This document shows positions 20,620 to 30,911 of a stretch of 32,000 nucleotides of DNA, one piece after another. Location of the stretch: the NCBI RefSeq assembly GCF_023585785.1, contig NZ_CP097765.1, positions 600,001-632,000 on the forward strand, given 5' to 3'. The notes beneath the pieces are model-generated. The model was given only the letters and a program-made list of their open reading frames with translations. It had not been told where the DNA came from and ran no database searches. The stretch comes from Blochmannia endosymbiont of Camponotus modoc. Lineage in GTDB: Bacteria > Pseudomonadota > Gammaproteobacteria > Enterobacterales > Enterobacteriaceae. A program made the position numbers and the translations under genes. Every line of letters starts with the position of its first letter. Position 1 is the first letter of the stretch.

Positions 20620-21594
20620 TTAAATATGTTTTAAATTTAAAATTTTTTGTAATGATTCCCAGACGTGTATAGGAGTTAAGTGTTGCATTTTTTTAGTTGA
20701 AGATCGTAAACCAATTTGGTTTTTTCCATATGTTCCAATTAATTTAGGATTAGTTGGTCCATATAATGTTATATTAGGACAACCGAGCGCTGCTGTCAAA
20801 TGACTAAGTCCAGTATCAACAGAGATTACTGCTGTTGCTCCAGATATTTGGATAGCAATTTCTTGTAGCGTTAATTTTGGTAATATTATTATTTGGTTGC
20901 AATGCAATCTCCTCTCTAACCGATTGGTACGTAATTCTTCACTTTTTGTCCAAAAAGGTAATTTAATACGATATCCTGCATATATAGCATATTGAGCAAT
21001 AATACTCCAATTCAATTCCGTCCAAAGTTTTTCAAATTTAGTAGTAGAATGGAAAAATATTAAATAAGGAGCATGATTTTTTTGAGGTGGAAATAAATGT
21101 TTGATATTATACTTTCCTATATAAGATGGTACAGGATATTTTAAGCTGAGAGAAAAAAGCTGTCGAATGCGTTCTACAGCGTGTTGATTTTTATTAGAAT
21201 GATGTCGTTCATGATAAAAAAAAGAACTCATAGGTTCCCGTACACTTATATAGTCCATACCATGTTTTTTCCCACATGTCATACATGTTACTAACAATGA
21301 TGTCTTCAATAAACCCTGAGCGTCAATAATCACGTCATATTTTTTTTTTAATTGTATGCAACATTCACGATATTTCTTCCATGAAGACAATTTATACCAA
21401 TTTTTTATCCAAGATCTAAGGTTTATAGGGATAATTTGACGTATTCCCGGATGCCATCTAAGAATATCAGAAAAAGTTTCTTCTACAATCCAATCAAATA
21501 ATATATTTGGTACAATATTTGATGCATCAGTAACTGCAGGTAAAGTATGTATAATATCTCCCATAGAAGAAATTTTTATAATTAAAACTTTCAT
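20620..21594 (-). CDS. waaC: LPS heptosyltransferase I
   Basis: MKVLIIKISSMGDIIHTLPAVTDA, DAQGLLKTSLL, SVDTGLSHLTAALGCPNITLYGPTNP. Confidence 0.95.
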   Translation of the reverse strand: MKVLIIKISSMGDIIHTLPAVTDASNIVPNILFDWIVEETFSDILRWHPGIRQIIPINLRSWIKNWYKLSSWKKYRECCIQLKKKYDVIIDAQGLLKTSLLVTCMTCGKKHGMDYISVREPMSSFFYHERHHSNKNQHAVERIRQLFSLSLKYPVPSYIGKYNIKHLFPPQKNHAPYLIFFHSTTKFEKLWTELNWSIIAQYAIYAGYRIKLPFWTKSEELRTNRLERRLHCNQIIILPKLTLQEIAIQISGATAVISVDTGLSHLTAALGCPNITLYGPTNPKLIGTYGKNQIGLRSSTKKMQHLTPIHVWESLQKILNLKHI

Positions 21595-21616
21595 GACAAT
21601 TACCTTGTTTGATTGA

Positions 21617-22657
21617 TCAATGTAATAATGTTTTTAATGCTTTTAAAACTTGATCTGGAGTAATATCCATTAAACTGTTATGATAGCCATATAAGCTATC
21701 GCCGTGTCGCATGGTATAATATCCTTCCATACGACGAATCACAACAGATTGAGAAAACAAAGGCGGAGTAAACTTAGGATTACTAGGTCCATACAATCCT
21801 ATTACAGGACGTTTCAATGCGCAAGCTACATGCATTAAACCAGAATCATTACTAACAATGCCTGTGCAGGCTGCTATAATTGCAATAGCTTCTCCTAGGG
21901 ATGTGGTTCCTATAAGATTATTACAATGTTGTTTCATATTTTTGAGAATGCTATGTTGAATAAATCTATTAATTAGTTGATCTTTAGGGGATCCTAATAT
22001 TACTATATGATATCCGTGACGAATTAACCGAATAGCTAGTGTTATGTAATGATAATGAGGCCAACTTTTAGCTAATCCAAATTCCGCGCCCGGGCATAAA
22101 CCAATCAGTGATTTTTTGTGACAATACAAATTAAATTTATATAATACATCTTCAATTTCTTTTTCATTTACACGTAACCGGGGTAACGGCAGCGGACAGG
22201 GTAAATTATAAGAATTTTTTGTAACATTATAATCACATGCCAAAGCGGCATAACGTTGCACCATTAACGGGAATAATTTTTTGTTAAGTATTCTCAAATC
22301 ATTCAATATACCATACCTCATTTCCCCACGCCATCCGGTCCGAATCGGAATACCCGCAAAAAATGGTATTAAAGCAGATTTAAATGAATTAGGTAATATT
22401 ATCGCTTGTTGATATTTCTCATTTTTTAAAAATTTTCCGAGATGGTAACATTTTGATAACTCTAAAACCCCATGTCCGTAAGGAATAAATAATGTTTGAT
22501 TAATTTCAGGCATATGATTGAACAGATCTTTGCACCACATAGGAGTAAGGACGTCAATCTTAATGTTGAAACAATATTTCTTAATCAACAATCGATACAT
22601 ACTATGTGATATCACGGTATCACCAATCCATGAAGGACTAATAACTAATATTTTCAC
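21617..22657 (-). CDS. waaF: LPS heptosyltransferase II
   Basis: MKILVISPSWIGDTVISHSMYRLL, GLCPGAEFGLAKSWPHYHY, SNDSGLMHVACALKRPVIGLYGPSNP. Confidence 0.95.
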   Translation of the reverse strand: MKILVISPSWIGDTVISHSMYRLLIKKYCFNIKIDVLTPMWCKDLFNHMPEINQTLFIPYGHGVLELSKCYHLGKFLKNEKYQQAIILPNSFKSALIPFFAGIPIRTGWRGEMRYGILNDLRILNKKLFPLMVQRYAALACDYNVTKNSYNLPCPLPLPRLRVNEKEIEDVLYKFNLYCHKKSLIGLCPGAEFGLAKSWPHYHYITLAIRLIRHGYHIVILGSPKDQLINRFIQHSILKNMKQHCNNLIGTTSLGEAIAIIAACTGIVSNDSGLMHVACALKRPVIGLYGPSNPKFTPPLFSQSVVIRRMEGYYTMRHGDSLYGYHNSLMDITPDQVLKALKTLLH

Positions 22658-22675
22658 AATGAAAATTTTATTTAC

Positions 22676-23638
22676 TTAATTATTATAATGATCAACGTTG
22701 TTGCATGACAACCAATTTAAATAGCGACATATACCTTGATTAAGGTCAATGAATTCCTTACAATAACCTGCCGTTCTTAACTGAGAGATATTTGCCTGAG
22801 TAAATATTTGATAATGATTACGGATTTTTTTTGGCATAGAAACATATTTAATGGTTATATTTTGATTAAAAAAACTTAATACGATATTAGCAACGAACTC
22901 AAACGATTCAGATTTACCTGTTCCACAATCAAAAATTCCAGATATTTTATTATTCCAGGCCCAAAGATTTATATCAACTATATCTTCAATATATATAAAA
23001 TCTCGTTTTAACTGTTTACTTCCAATAAATAGTGTTGGGTGTTTTTTACTGATAATTTGTCGATATAATTGAAATATTATACTAGCCATACTACCTTTAT
23101 GTGTTTCACAGGGACCATAAACATTAAAATATCTTAATCCACAAACCTGAGATGCAACTTTTGGTAATATAGCGCGCACATATTGATCAAATAAAAATTT
23201 GGAATAACTGTATACATTCATGGGTTGTTCATATGCCTGGGAATGCAGAAGCATGCTGGTATCTCTACCATACACTGATGCAGAAGAAGCGTATATAAAA
23301 GGAATTTTGTTTTTAACACAATAAAATAATAGATCTTTAGAATATTGATAATTATTCTCCATCATATACTTACCATCCCATTCAGTAGTGGAAGAGCAAG
23401 CTCCTTCATGAAACACTACATCTATATCCTTAACATAAGAATTAACAGAATTATTCAGTATATTATTGATAAAGCAATTTTTATCTATATAGTCTGAAAT
23501 ATACAAATTTTTTAGATTGTTATATTTTTTTCCATTTTTTAAATTATCCACTACTAAAATATTTTTGTATGCAATTTTATTTAAAGCCTTAATAATATTG
23601 CAACCTATAAACCCTGCTCCACCAGTAACCACAATCAT
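22676..23638 (-). CDS. hldD: ADP-L-glycero-D-manno-heptose-6-epimerase
   Basis: MIVVTGGAGFIGCNIIKALN Rossmann motif, FHEGACSSTTEWDG, YSYSKFLFD, LRYFNVYGP. Confidence 0.95.
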   Translation of the reverse strand: MIVVTGGAGFIGCNIIKALNKIAYKNILVVDNLKNGKKYNNLKNLYISDYIDKNCFINNILNNSVNSYVKDIDVVFHEGACSSTTEWDGKYMMENNYQYSKDLLFYCVKNKIPFIYASSASVYGRDTSMLLHSQAYEQPMNVYSYSKFLFDQYVRAILPKVASQVCGLRYFNVYGPCETHKGSMASIIFQLYRQIISKKHPTLFIGSKQLKRDFIYIEDIVDINLWAWNNKISGIFDCGTGKSESFEFVANIVLSFFNQNITIKYVSMPKKIRNHYQIFTQANISQLRTAGYCKEFIDLNQGICRYLNWLSCNNVDHYNN

Positions 23639-23765
23639 ACGTTCTCACATAATTATATGTATACCCAAATACAATTAATACAATAATTTGAATTATTTTA
23701 TATAACACAACACCATGAAATATAGCGTTTTAATATTTAATAAAAAAGTATATTACTTTAAATTA

Positions 23766-23796
23766 TTTACTATATGCAGTATGCATATAGTAAATC
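23766..23796. repeat. 14-bp perfect inverted repeat with 3-nt loop in the hldD/yibN divergent intergenic region
   Basis: atttactatatgca - gta - tgcatatagtaaat. Confidence 0.85.
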
Positions 23797-24205
23797 CACA
23801 ATTTTCGATTATATTATTTCTAGAATCATTACAGAAAACACAATTTAAAAATTATTTGTTATTGTCTGATGTATAAATTACTCAGGATGAAATATATCAT
23901 AAATAACATTTAATTTATTGATATTATTCACAAAAATGTACTAGTTTTCTATTTCAACATAGAATATAATGATCTTATGATGTGTTTGTGATATATAATC
24001 ATACATATGTGTATTTATACTCATTCATGATGTTTATATTTTAATTTGATACTATATCATCAAGTATAAAATATATTTATTATAACGGTGATATCGTAAT
24101 GATTCATAATTTTTCCATCTTTATTAAAAAACTATATGATACTCCATGATATAAATAAATTTTAGTATATTATATAGAGTTGTTTTTCAAATAAGTTTAC
24201 AATCT

Positions 24206-24643
24206 ATGTATATTCAGGAGATAATAGCATTTTTACAACGCCATATAATACTGAGTATTATATGGGTACTTTTGTTAATTGCAGTGTTGTACACTACAAT
24301 TAACAGTTGGTTATTCGGGTCTTCTGAAATATTACGTGATCAAGCAATTTATCTAATAAATAAAAAAAATGCAATAGTAATAGATATTCGTAGTCAAGAT
24401 GATTATCACGCAGGACACATAACAAATAGCATTAATGTTTCAATAGAAGAAATTAAAAACAATAATATTTGTAAATTAAAAAGGTTTAAACAGTATCCAT
24501 TGATTATTGTACACGATAATAATGTGCTGGCGCATTCAATTAAACGACATTTATACAAATTAAAATTTGAAGAAATATATGTACTATATGGCGGGATAGT
24601 TGGCTGGAAATCTGATAATTTTCCTCTTCTATTAAAAAAATAA
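24206..24643 (+). CDS. yibN: YibN-like membrane-anchored rhodanese-domain protein
   Basis: N-terminal TM segment, VIDIRSQDDYHAGHITNSINV rhodanese motif, GGIVGWKSDNFPLL end; gene order yibN-grxC-secB-gpsA-cysE as in E. coli. Confidence 0.88.
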   Translation: MYIQEIIAFLQRHIILSIIWVLLLIAVLYTTINSWLFGSSEILRDQAIYLINKKNAIVIDIRSQDDYHAGHITNSINVSIEEIKNNNICKLKRFKQYPLIIVHDNNVLAHSIKRHLYKLKFEEIYVLYGGIVGWKSDNFPLLLKK

Positions 24644-24668
24644 AGTATGAAATAATGAGAACAAAAAA

Positions 24669-24944
24669 ATGGCTTATATTGAAATTTATACAAAAAAAAA
24701 TTGTCCTTACTGTGAGCGAGCTAAAGCATTATTGACAAAAAAATCTTTAGATTTTAGAGAAATTTCTGTAGATTGTAACAACCTATCAGATTCTATAAGT
24801 ATAGAAATGAGACAACGCTCTGGTGGTCGCACTACATTTCCGCAGATTTTTATAGATGGTCTACATATTGGGGGATCAGATGATTTAGTACTTTTAAATG
24901 CCCAGGGAAAATTAGATCTAATCTTAATAAATACAAACAGTTAA
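24669..24944 (+). CDS. grxC: Glutaredoxin 3
   Basis: IEIYTKKNCPYCERAKALL, TTFPQIFIDGLHIGGSDDL. Confidence 0.95.
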   Translation: MAYIEIYTKKNCPYCERAKALLTKKSLDFREISVDCNNLSDSISIEMRQRSGGRTTFPQIFIDGLHIGGSDDLVLLNAQGKLDLILINTNS

Positions 24945-24992
24945 TAAATTATGATTACTTATTAAATTTTATGATGTACTAGGGGTGTTTTT

Positions 24993-25448
24993 GTGTTAGG
25001 AAGCAACAATAATAATGTTTTATTTCGTATACAAAGAATCTATATCAAAGATATTTCATTTGAAGCTCCGAACACTCCTGGAGTGTTTCAAATAAATTGG
25101 AATCCAAAAATTAAGGTAGATTTAAATAGTGATGTTAAGAATATTCACATTGATATATACGAAGTGGTGTTACGTGTTACTGTTACTGCAAAAATTGAGG
25201 AAGATACAGCTTTTTTATGTCAAGTAAAACAAGCTGGAATTTTTAATGTTTCAGGACTAAACAAAACACAAATGATGCGTTGTCTTAACGCGCATTGCCC
25301 GAGTATTTTATTCCCCTATGCTAGCGAATGCATCAGCAACCAAGTGTCTAGAGGCACTTTCCCTCAACTTAACTTAGATCCAATTAATTTCGATATTTTA
25401 TTTATTCAATCTTTACAAAAGAAATATAATGATACACTTAAAATTTAA
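24993..25448 (+). CDS. secB: Protein-export chaperone SecB
   Basis: [51 protein letters not shown]; GTG start. Confidence 0.96.
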   Translation: MLGSNNNNVLFRIQRIYIKDISFEAPNTPGVFQINWNPKIKVDLNSDVKNIHIDIYEVVLRVTVTAKIEEDTAFLCQVKQAGIFNVSGLNKTQMMRCLNAHCPSILFPYASECISNQVSRGTFPQLNLDPINFDILFIQSLQKKYNDTLKI

Positions 25449-25476
25449 TATTTTAAAATAGTTAGTTTAAATTATT

Positions 25477-26502
25477 GTGTCTATTAAATATCCTAATATA
25501 ACCATCATTGGAGCAGGTTCCTATGGAACAGCCATAGCTATTGCGTTATCTAGAAATGGTCATTCCGTATTGTTATGGGGACATAATGCAAATCATGTTC
25601 AAAAGCTCCAAATTAATCGATGCAATCAAGCCTATTTACCCGGCATCTCTTTTCCGCCATCATTGTATTTAGAGAAATCGTTGTCTATAGCTTTATCTAC
25701 TTGTCGAAATTTATTGATTGCGGTTCCAAGTCGTGTATTTGGTCATGTTTTGACGCGATTGAAACTAAATTTAAGGAGTAATACTCGTATTATCATAGCA
25801 TCTAAAGGTTTAGAAGCAAAAACTGGACGTTTATTACAAGATGTAGCATATGATATTTTAGGAAAAAATATTCCTATTGCGATTATATCTGGCCCAACTT
25901 TCGCTAGAGAACTCGCTATGGGATTACCCACGGCAATAACTCTAGCTTCTAATGATACTATATTAAGTTGTGATCTACAGAATACATTACATTGTAGTAA
26001 AAATTTCAGAATATACAGCAACACAGATACTATTGGTATTCAAATAGCTGGAGTAGTAAAAAACATTATTGCTATTGGAGCAGGTATTTCTGATGGAATA
26101 GGGTTTGGATCCAATGCACGGACCGCATTAATTACGCGGGGTTTAGTAGAAATGTCTCGACTCGGTATAGCAATTGGAGCGATACCAGACACTTTTATGG
26201 GATTAGCTGGATTAGGAGATTTGATATTAACTTGCACTGACAATCAATCACGTAATCGTCGTTTTGGAATATTATTGGGACAGGGTTTCGAGATACATCA
26301 TGCTCAAAGAAATGTTGGGAAAATAATAGAAGGATTCTATAACATAAAAGAAGTATATATGTTATCCATTAAACATAAAGTAGATATGCCCATTACCGAA
26401 CAAATATATCAGATACTATATCAAAATAAAAATGTTCATGATGCAGCTCACTCTTTATTGGAACGTACGCAAAAAGAAGAAAAAATTAACAGTTTAAAAT
26501 AA
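25477..26502 (+). CDS. gpsA: Glycerol-3-phosphate dehydrogenase (NAD(P)+)
   Basis: [34 protein letters not shown]-like [31 protein letters not shown]; GTG start. Confidence 0.96.
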   Translation: MSIKYPNITIIGAGSYGTAIAIALSRNGHSVLLWGHNANHVQKLQINRCNQAYLPGISFPPSLYLEKSLSIALSTCRNLLIAVPSRVFGHVLTRLKLNLRSNTRIIIASKGLEAKTGRLLQDVAYDILGKNIPIAIISGPTFARELAMGLPTAITLASNDTILSCDLQNTLHCSKNFRIYSNTDTIGIQIAGVVKNIIAIGAGISDGIGFGSNARTALITRGLVEMSRLGIAIGAIPDTFMGLAGLGDLILTCTDNQSRNRRFGILLGQGFEIHHAQRNVGKIIEGFYNIKEVYMLSIKHKVDMPITEQIYQILYQNKNVHDAAHSLLERTQKEEKINSLK

Positions 26503-26552
26503 TTAATAATAGATTTGAATTATCATTCATACTATGACGATCAGGTAAATGT

Positions 26553-27302
26553 ATGACTTTAAATATATTAGAAATAGTTTGGAGTAACATTAAAATTGAA
26601 GCAAGATTGCTAATTGATTCTGAACCTATATTGACTAGTTTCATATATACGACCCTATTAATGCACACAAACTTTAAAGATGCATTAATTTACATATTAT
26701 CTAAAAAATTAACTAATACAGATATACCTACAATTGCTGTCATTAAAATATTAGAAGATATATGCGGAGCCGATGACAATATCATTACTTCTGCTGCACA
26801 AGATATTTATGCAATACGTTTTAACGATCCATCTGTCACTAAGTATTTTACTCCTTTTTTATATTCAAAAGGATTCCATGCATTACAAGCGCATCGTATT
26901 TCTCATTGGTTATGGAAGCATAACCGTAAAGAATTAGCTATGTATTTTTATAATCATATTTCTACTATTTTTAATGTGGACATTCATCCTGCGGCAAGTA
27001 TCGGATATGGTGTTATGATAGATCATGCAACTGGCGTAGTGATCGGAGAGACATCAGTTATAGAAAATAATGTATCTATAATGCAATCCGTGACCTTAGG
27101 TGGAACTGGCAAAATAAGTGGTGATCGTCATCCTAAAATTAGGCAAAAAGTAATGATTGGAGCTGGTTCTATTATTTTAGGTAATATTGAAGTAGGATAT
27201 GGGGCTAAAATTGGAGCTGGTTCTGTTGTACTACACTCTGTACCGCCTCATGCTACAGTCGCAGGAAAACCCGCTAGACTTATAAGACAAATCAATAAAT
27301 AA
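26553..27302 (+). CDS. cysE: Serine O-acetyltransferase (C-terminally short, 249 aa)
   Basis: LEIVWSNIKIEARLL, DIHPAASIGYGVMIDHATGVVIGET, SVTLGGTGKISGDRHPKI left-handed beta-helix repeats. Confidence 0.96.
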   Translation: MTLNILEIVWSNIKIEARLLIDSEPILTSFIYTTLLMHTNFKDALIYILSKKLTNTDIPTIAVIKILEDICGADDNIITSAAQDIYAIRFNDPSVTKYFTPFLYSKGFHALQAHRISHWLWKHNRKELAMYFYNHISTIFNVDIHPAASIGYGVMIDHATGVVIGETSVIENNVSIMQSVTLGGTGKISGDRHPKIRQKVMIGAGSIILGNIEVGYGAKIGAGSVVLHSVPPHATVAGKPARLIRQINK

Positions 27303-28034
27303 CAATAACTTAATAAGCCTTACTATATATAAAATATACATATAGTATTTATGTACACTACTGCTAATAAACATAATCTAAAATACCGCCACACATATCA
27401 AGTATTTAAAAGTTAGTATATTTATGTAATAATTAATATATGAAAAATATTCAATATTTTTTATTAAAAAAATTGATAATGTACCTGGAGAACGCAGATG
27501 TATTATGCTTAATATGTAATTTTAATTGCACATAATATATCAATATAATTTATGCATTGTATATAAAGTTAAAAATAATCGTATATTCGATATATCAATT
27601 ATATTGATTAAATATGTTTTCTTTTCATATTTCAATACCTTGTAAGATAATCCTCGTGATATAATTCATATAATTGAAATCGTTTGCTAATATGATCGTA
27701 TATTAATATCAGTATTATATCATAAATGTACAAAATTAATATACTTCACTACAAGTAAATACATGCATATTGTTATCATAATAAATAATTAAAATAAATA
27801 ATACTTCCAATATTCAATATTTAGAAAACATATAAGATAAATTTTTTAATTTAATTAAAATACTAATAAATTAAAAATTAACAATAATTTCACATATAAT
27901 TGTTATATATGTATTTGATACAGCCTTTTATTTTTGTATATTCATATAATAATTATATTTTTATTGTCATTTATTTTGTATAACAACATGATTATAGTCT
28001 GCTGCGCATAACAACATAATAGAGTTCTGTGTTT

Positions 28035-28997
28035 ATGATAAAAAGAATAGGAGTATTAACAAGCGGCGGGGATTCTCCAGGAATGAATGCTGCCATTCGA
28101 GGCGTAGTACGGGCAGGTCTTTCTGAAGGACTAGAAGTATATGGAATACATGACGGTTATTTAGGATTATTTCAAGATCGAATGATACAATTGAGTCGTC
28201 GTAGTGTTTCAGATATAATAAATCGTGGAGGAACTTTTCTTGGTTCTGCCCGTTTTCCTGAATTTAAAGAAGATGCTACTAGAACAATAGTTATCAATAA
28301 TATTAATCAACGTAGTCTCGATGCTCTCATAATAATTGGAGGAGATGGATCTTATTTAGGTGCTAAGAGATTGAGTGATATAGGATTTCCTTGCATCGGA
28401 TTGCCTGGGACGATTGATAACGATGTTGCTGGAACTGATTACACCATCGGTTATTTTACAGCTTTAGAAACAATTGTTGATGCAATTGATAGGTTGCGCG
28501 ACACATCTTCTTCGCATCAACGTATTTCTATTGTAGAGGTAATGGGACGTTGTTGCGGTGATTTGACTATGGCAGCAGCGATAGCTGGAGGTTGTGAATT
28601 TATTGTAGTCCCTGAAGTAGAATTTAACCCACAAGATCTAGTACACGAGATTAAATCTGGCATTTCTAAAGGAAAAAAACATGCAATAGTAGCTATTACA
28701 GAACGTATTTGTAATGTATTCTATTTAGCGCGATACATTGAAGAAAAAACCGGTAGAGAGACTCGCGCTACCGTTTTAGGATACATCCAACGCGGAGGTA
28801 AGCCTGTTGCATATGATCGTATTCTAGCGTCTCGGATGGGAGCATATTCTATTGATTTGCTATTAAAGGGTTATGTAGGACGCTGTATTGGTGTACAAAA
28901 TGAAAAATTGGTACATCATGATATTAACGATGCTATACAACATATGCAACGTCCATTCCGTCGAGATTTATTGAAAACAGCCAAAAAACTATTTTAA
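28035..28997 (+). CDS. pfkA: 6-phosphofructokinase
   Basis: [62 protein letters not shown] at 28035 preferred over the GTG at 28029. Confidence 0.97.
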   Translation: MIKRIGVLTSGGDSPGMNAAIRGVVRAGLSEGLEVYGIHDGYLGLFQDRMIQLSRRSVSDIINRGGTFLGSARFPEFKEDATRTIVINNINQRSLDALIIIGGDGSYLGAKRLSDIGFPCIGLPGTIDNDVAGTDYTIGYFTALETIVDAIDRLRDTSSSHQRISIVEVMGRCCGDLTMAAAIAGGCEFIVVPEVEFNPQDLVHEIKSGISKGKKHAIVAITERICNVFYLARYIEEKTGRETRATVLGYIQRGGKPVAYDRILASRMGAYSIDLLLKGYVGRCIGVQNEKLVHHDINDAIQHMQRPFRRDLLKTAKKLF

Positions 28998-29158
28998 GTT
29001 GTTTAAAATCATCATAAATAACTTGTTTTTTAAATAATATTATCGTTTACATAATCTGATTATGTATGGCTTATACAAATATCACGTATCTAGCATTTTA
29101 AACTGTTAATATCGTTACATCAATAATATACTATATTATTGCATATTCCTGCATATTA

Positions 29159-29935
29159 TTAATCAGGATGTGATTTGTTATGTTTTTCAGCAGTTTGTAC
29201 AATCATAGAAAAACTATTCGCGTTTAAAGAAGCGGCTCCTACTAATACACCATCAATATCTTTTTGATCAAACAATTGAGTAACATTTTCTGGTGTGACA
29301 GAACCTCCATACTGAATTGTTATTTTATCAGCTATAGATGTATCATAACTTGCAATATAATCCCGGATTGATTTATGAACTAATTGCACATTTTCTGGAG
29401 ATGCGCTAGCACCACTTCCTATAGCCCATATAGGCTCATAAGCAATAACTGAATTCTTAAATGCTTCTATACCAAGTAATTTAATGACTGTATTAATTTG
29501 ATTAATACATACTGACTGTGTGTATCCAGAATCGTATTCTCTTTTATTTTCCCCTATACATAAAATAGGAATTAATCCAACTTTTTTTAAGATAAAAAAT
29601 TTTTTAGCAATATATGCATCATTTTCTTTATGATGTATTCTCCGTTCAGAATGACCTATCAGAACATATCGTACGTTAAGATCCTGTAACATTTCTGCTG
29701 AAATATCGCCGGTAAACGCTCCAGATAAATGAATATCAACATTTTGAGCACATAACTGAATATGACTGTTCAATAAATAACGCTTAATTATATCTAAATA
29801 CATCACAGGAGGAGCTATAGCTACACTACATTTAGAAATATTATGAAATGTATTAACTAACGCAATAATTAGATTAGTTATGGTATTTTTATTGCCATTT
29901 AATTTCCAGTTTCCTATTATCAATAGACGCCTCAC
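29159..29935 (-). CDS. tpiA: Triose-phosphate isomerase
   Basis: LIIGNWKLNGN, YVLIGHSERR, VIAYEPIWAIGSG, IQYGGSVTPENV. Confidence 0.97.
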   Translation of the reverse strand: MRRLLIIGNWKLNGNKNTITNLIIALVNTFHNISKCSVAIAPPVMYLDIIKRYLLNSHIQLCAQNVDIHLSGAFTGDISAEMLQDLNVRYVLIGHSERRIHHKENDAYIAKKFFILKKVGLIPILCIGENKREYDSGYTQSVCINQINTVIKLLGIEAFKNSVIAYEPIWAIGSGASASPENVQLVHKSIRDYIASYDTSIADKITIQYGGSVTPENVTQLFDQKDIDGVLVGAASLNANSFSMIVQTAEKHNKSHPD

Positions 29936-30161
29936 ATCATCTCTCCCACAGAAATTATTTCATAACAATAATTGTGATACAGCAATCAATGCTAATTAAT
30001 ATTAAGCAAAATAATGCTATGTATTACACGATTAGAATGTATGTACTTAAAAGATACGCAATTGTGCATTGCAACATGCTGATATTATAAAGATGTACAA
30101 TAATAAATAATTTTGTAAAACACTGTCAGTTATAGTTAACCGTACATTATAGCCATTTATG

Positions 30162-30911
30162 TTACCAATAACGTTCTTGAGTAACATGACCTGGTTTACA
30201 TCGCAAATGATCTTGCATTCCGTATTTTTTATTCAATATTTCCTTAGTATCTTGTATCATTTGCGGATTTCCACATAACATCACGTGACTATTGTTAATA
30301 TCCAATTGTAATCCTATTTTTTTTTCTAAAGAGTCATTTTCTATCAAATTAGGTATACGCCCAAAAAGTGAACCAGAAGATTCTTCTTGACTTATAATTG
30401 TTTGCACATGTAATTTACCATTATAAAATTTTTGTAATTTTCTTATTTGAGATAAATAATTTAAATTTTTAGAAAACCTCACCGCATGTACTAATACAAT
30501 ATTTGAAAATTGACACAATCTTTTATCATGATCTTCAAGTATTGATAAATATGGACCAATCCCTGTCCCGCTAGCCAACATCCATAAATTTTTACAATTT
30601 GGAATTTCATTGAGTATAAAACGTCCGTATGCTTTTTTAGTAAGCATAAGAGGATCACCGGGACGTAAGGTACATAATAATGGGGTACATTTCCCTTCTA
30701 GTACAGTAGCTATGTAAAATTCTAGATTTGGATTATGCGGAGCATTAAGATATGAATAAGCACGTTGCACGATTATATTATTTATTTTTATCCTTATTTT
30801 AGTAAATTGACCAGCAATAAATGTATTTACTGGAGCTCGTACAATAAGACTAAACAACTGATCTGTCCAATTTTTTATATTAATAATTTTTCCGGTGACC
30901 CATGTAGACAT
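30162..30911 (-). CDS. fpr: Ferredoxin/flavodoxin-NADP+ reductase
   Basis: WVTGKIINIKNWTDQLFSLIV, QRAYSYLNAPHNPNLEFY, MLASGTGIGPYLSIL, HVMLCGNPQMI; ends in ERYW. Confidence 0.95.
   Translation of the reverse strand: MSTWVTGKIINIKNWTDQLFSLIVRAPVNTFIAGQFTKIRIKINNIIVQRAYSYLNAPHNPNLEFYIATVLEGKCTPLLCTLRPGDPLMLTKKAYGRFILNEIPNCKNLWMLASGTGIGPYLSILEDHDKRLCQFSNIVLVHAVRFSKNLNYLSQIRKLQKFYNGKLHVQTIISQEESSGSLFGRIPNLIENDSLEKKIGLQLDINNSHVMLCGNPQMIQDTKEILNKKYGMQDHLRCKPGHVTQERYW

Noticed and set aside
24406-24693. 95-aa minus-strand ORF over yibN/grxC
   Set aside because: Overlaps the conserved yibN frame and the grxC start; no motif.
25743-26243. Minus-strand ORFs of 93 and 67 aa inside gpsA
   Set aside because: Antisense shadows of conserved GpsA; low-complexity Ile/Ser/Pro composition.
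26486-26668. 60-aa minus-strand ORF across the gpsA/cysE junction
   Set aside because: Antisense to the conserved CysE N-terminus; no motif.
29121-29141. 9-bp inverted repeat caataatat-act-atattattg between convergent pfkA and tpiA
   Set aside because: A plausible weak terminator by position, but short and entirely A/T apart from the ends; not distinguishable from background.
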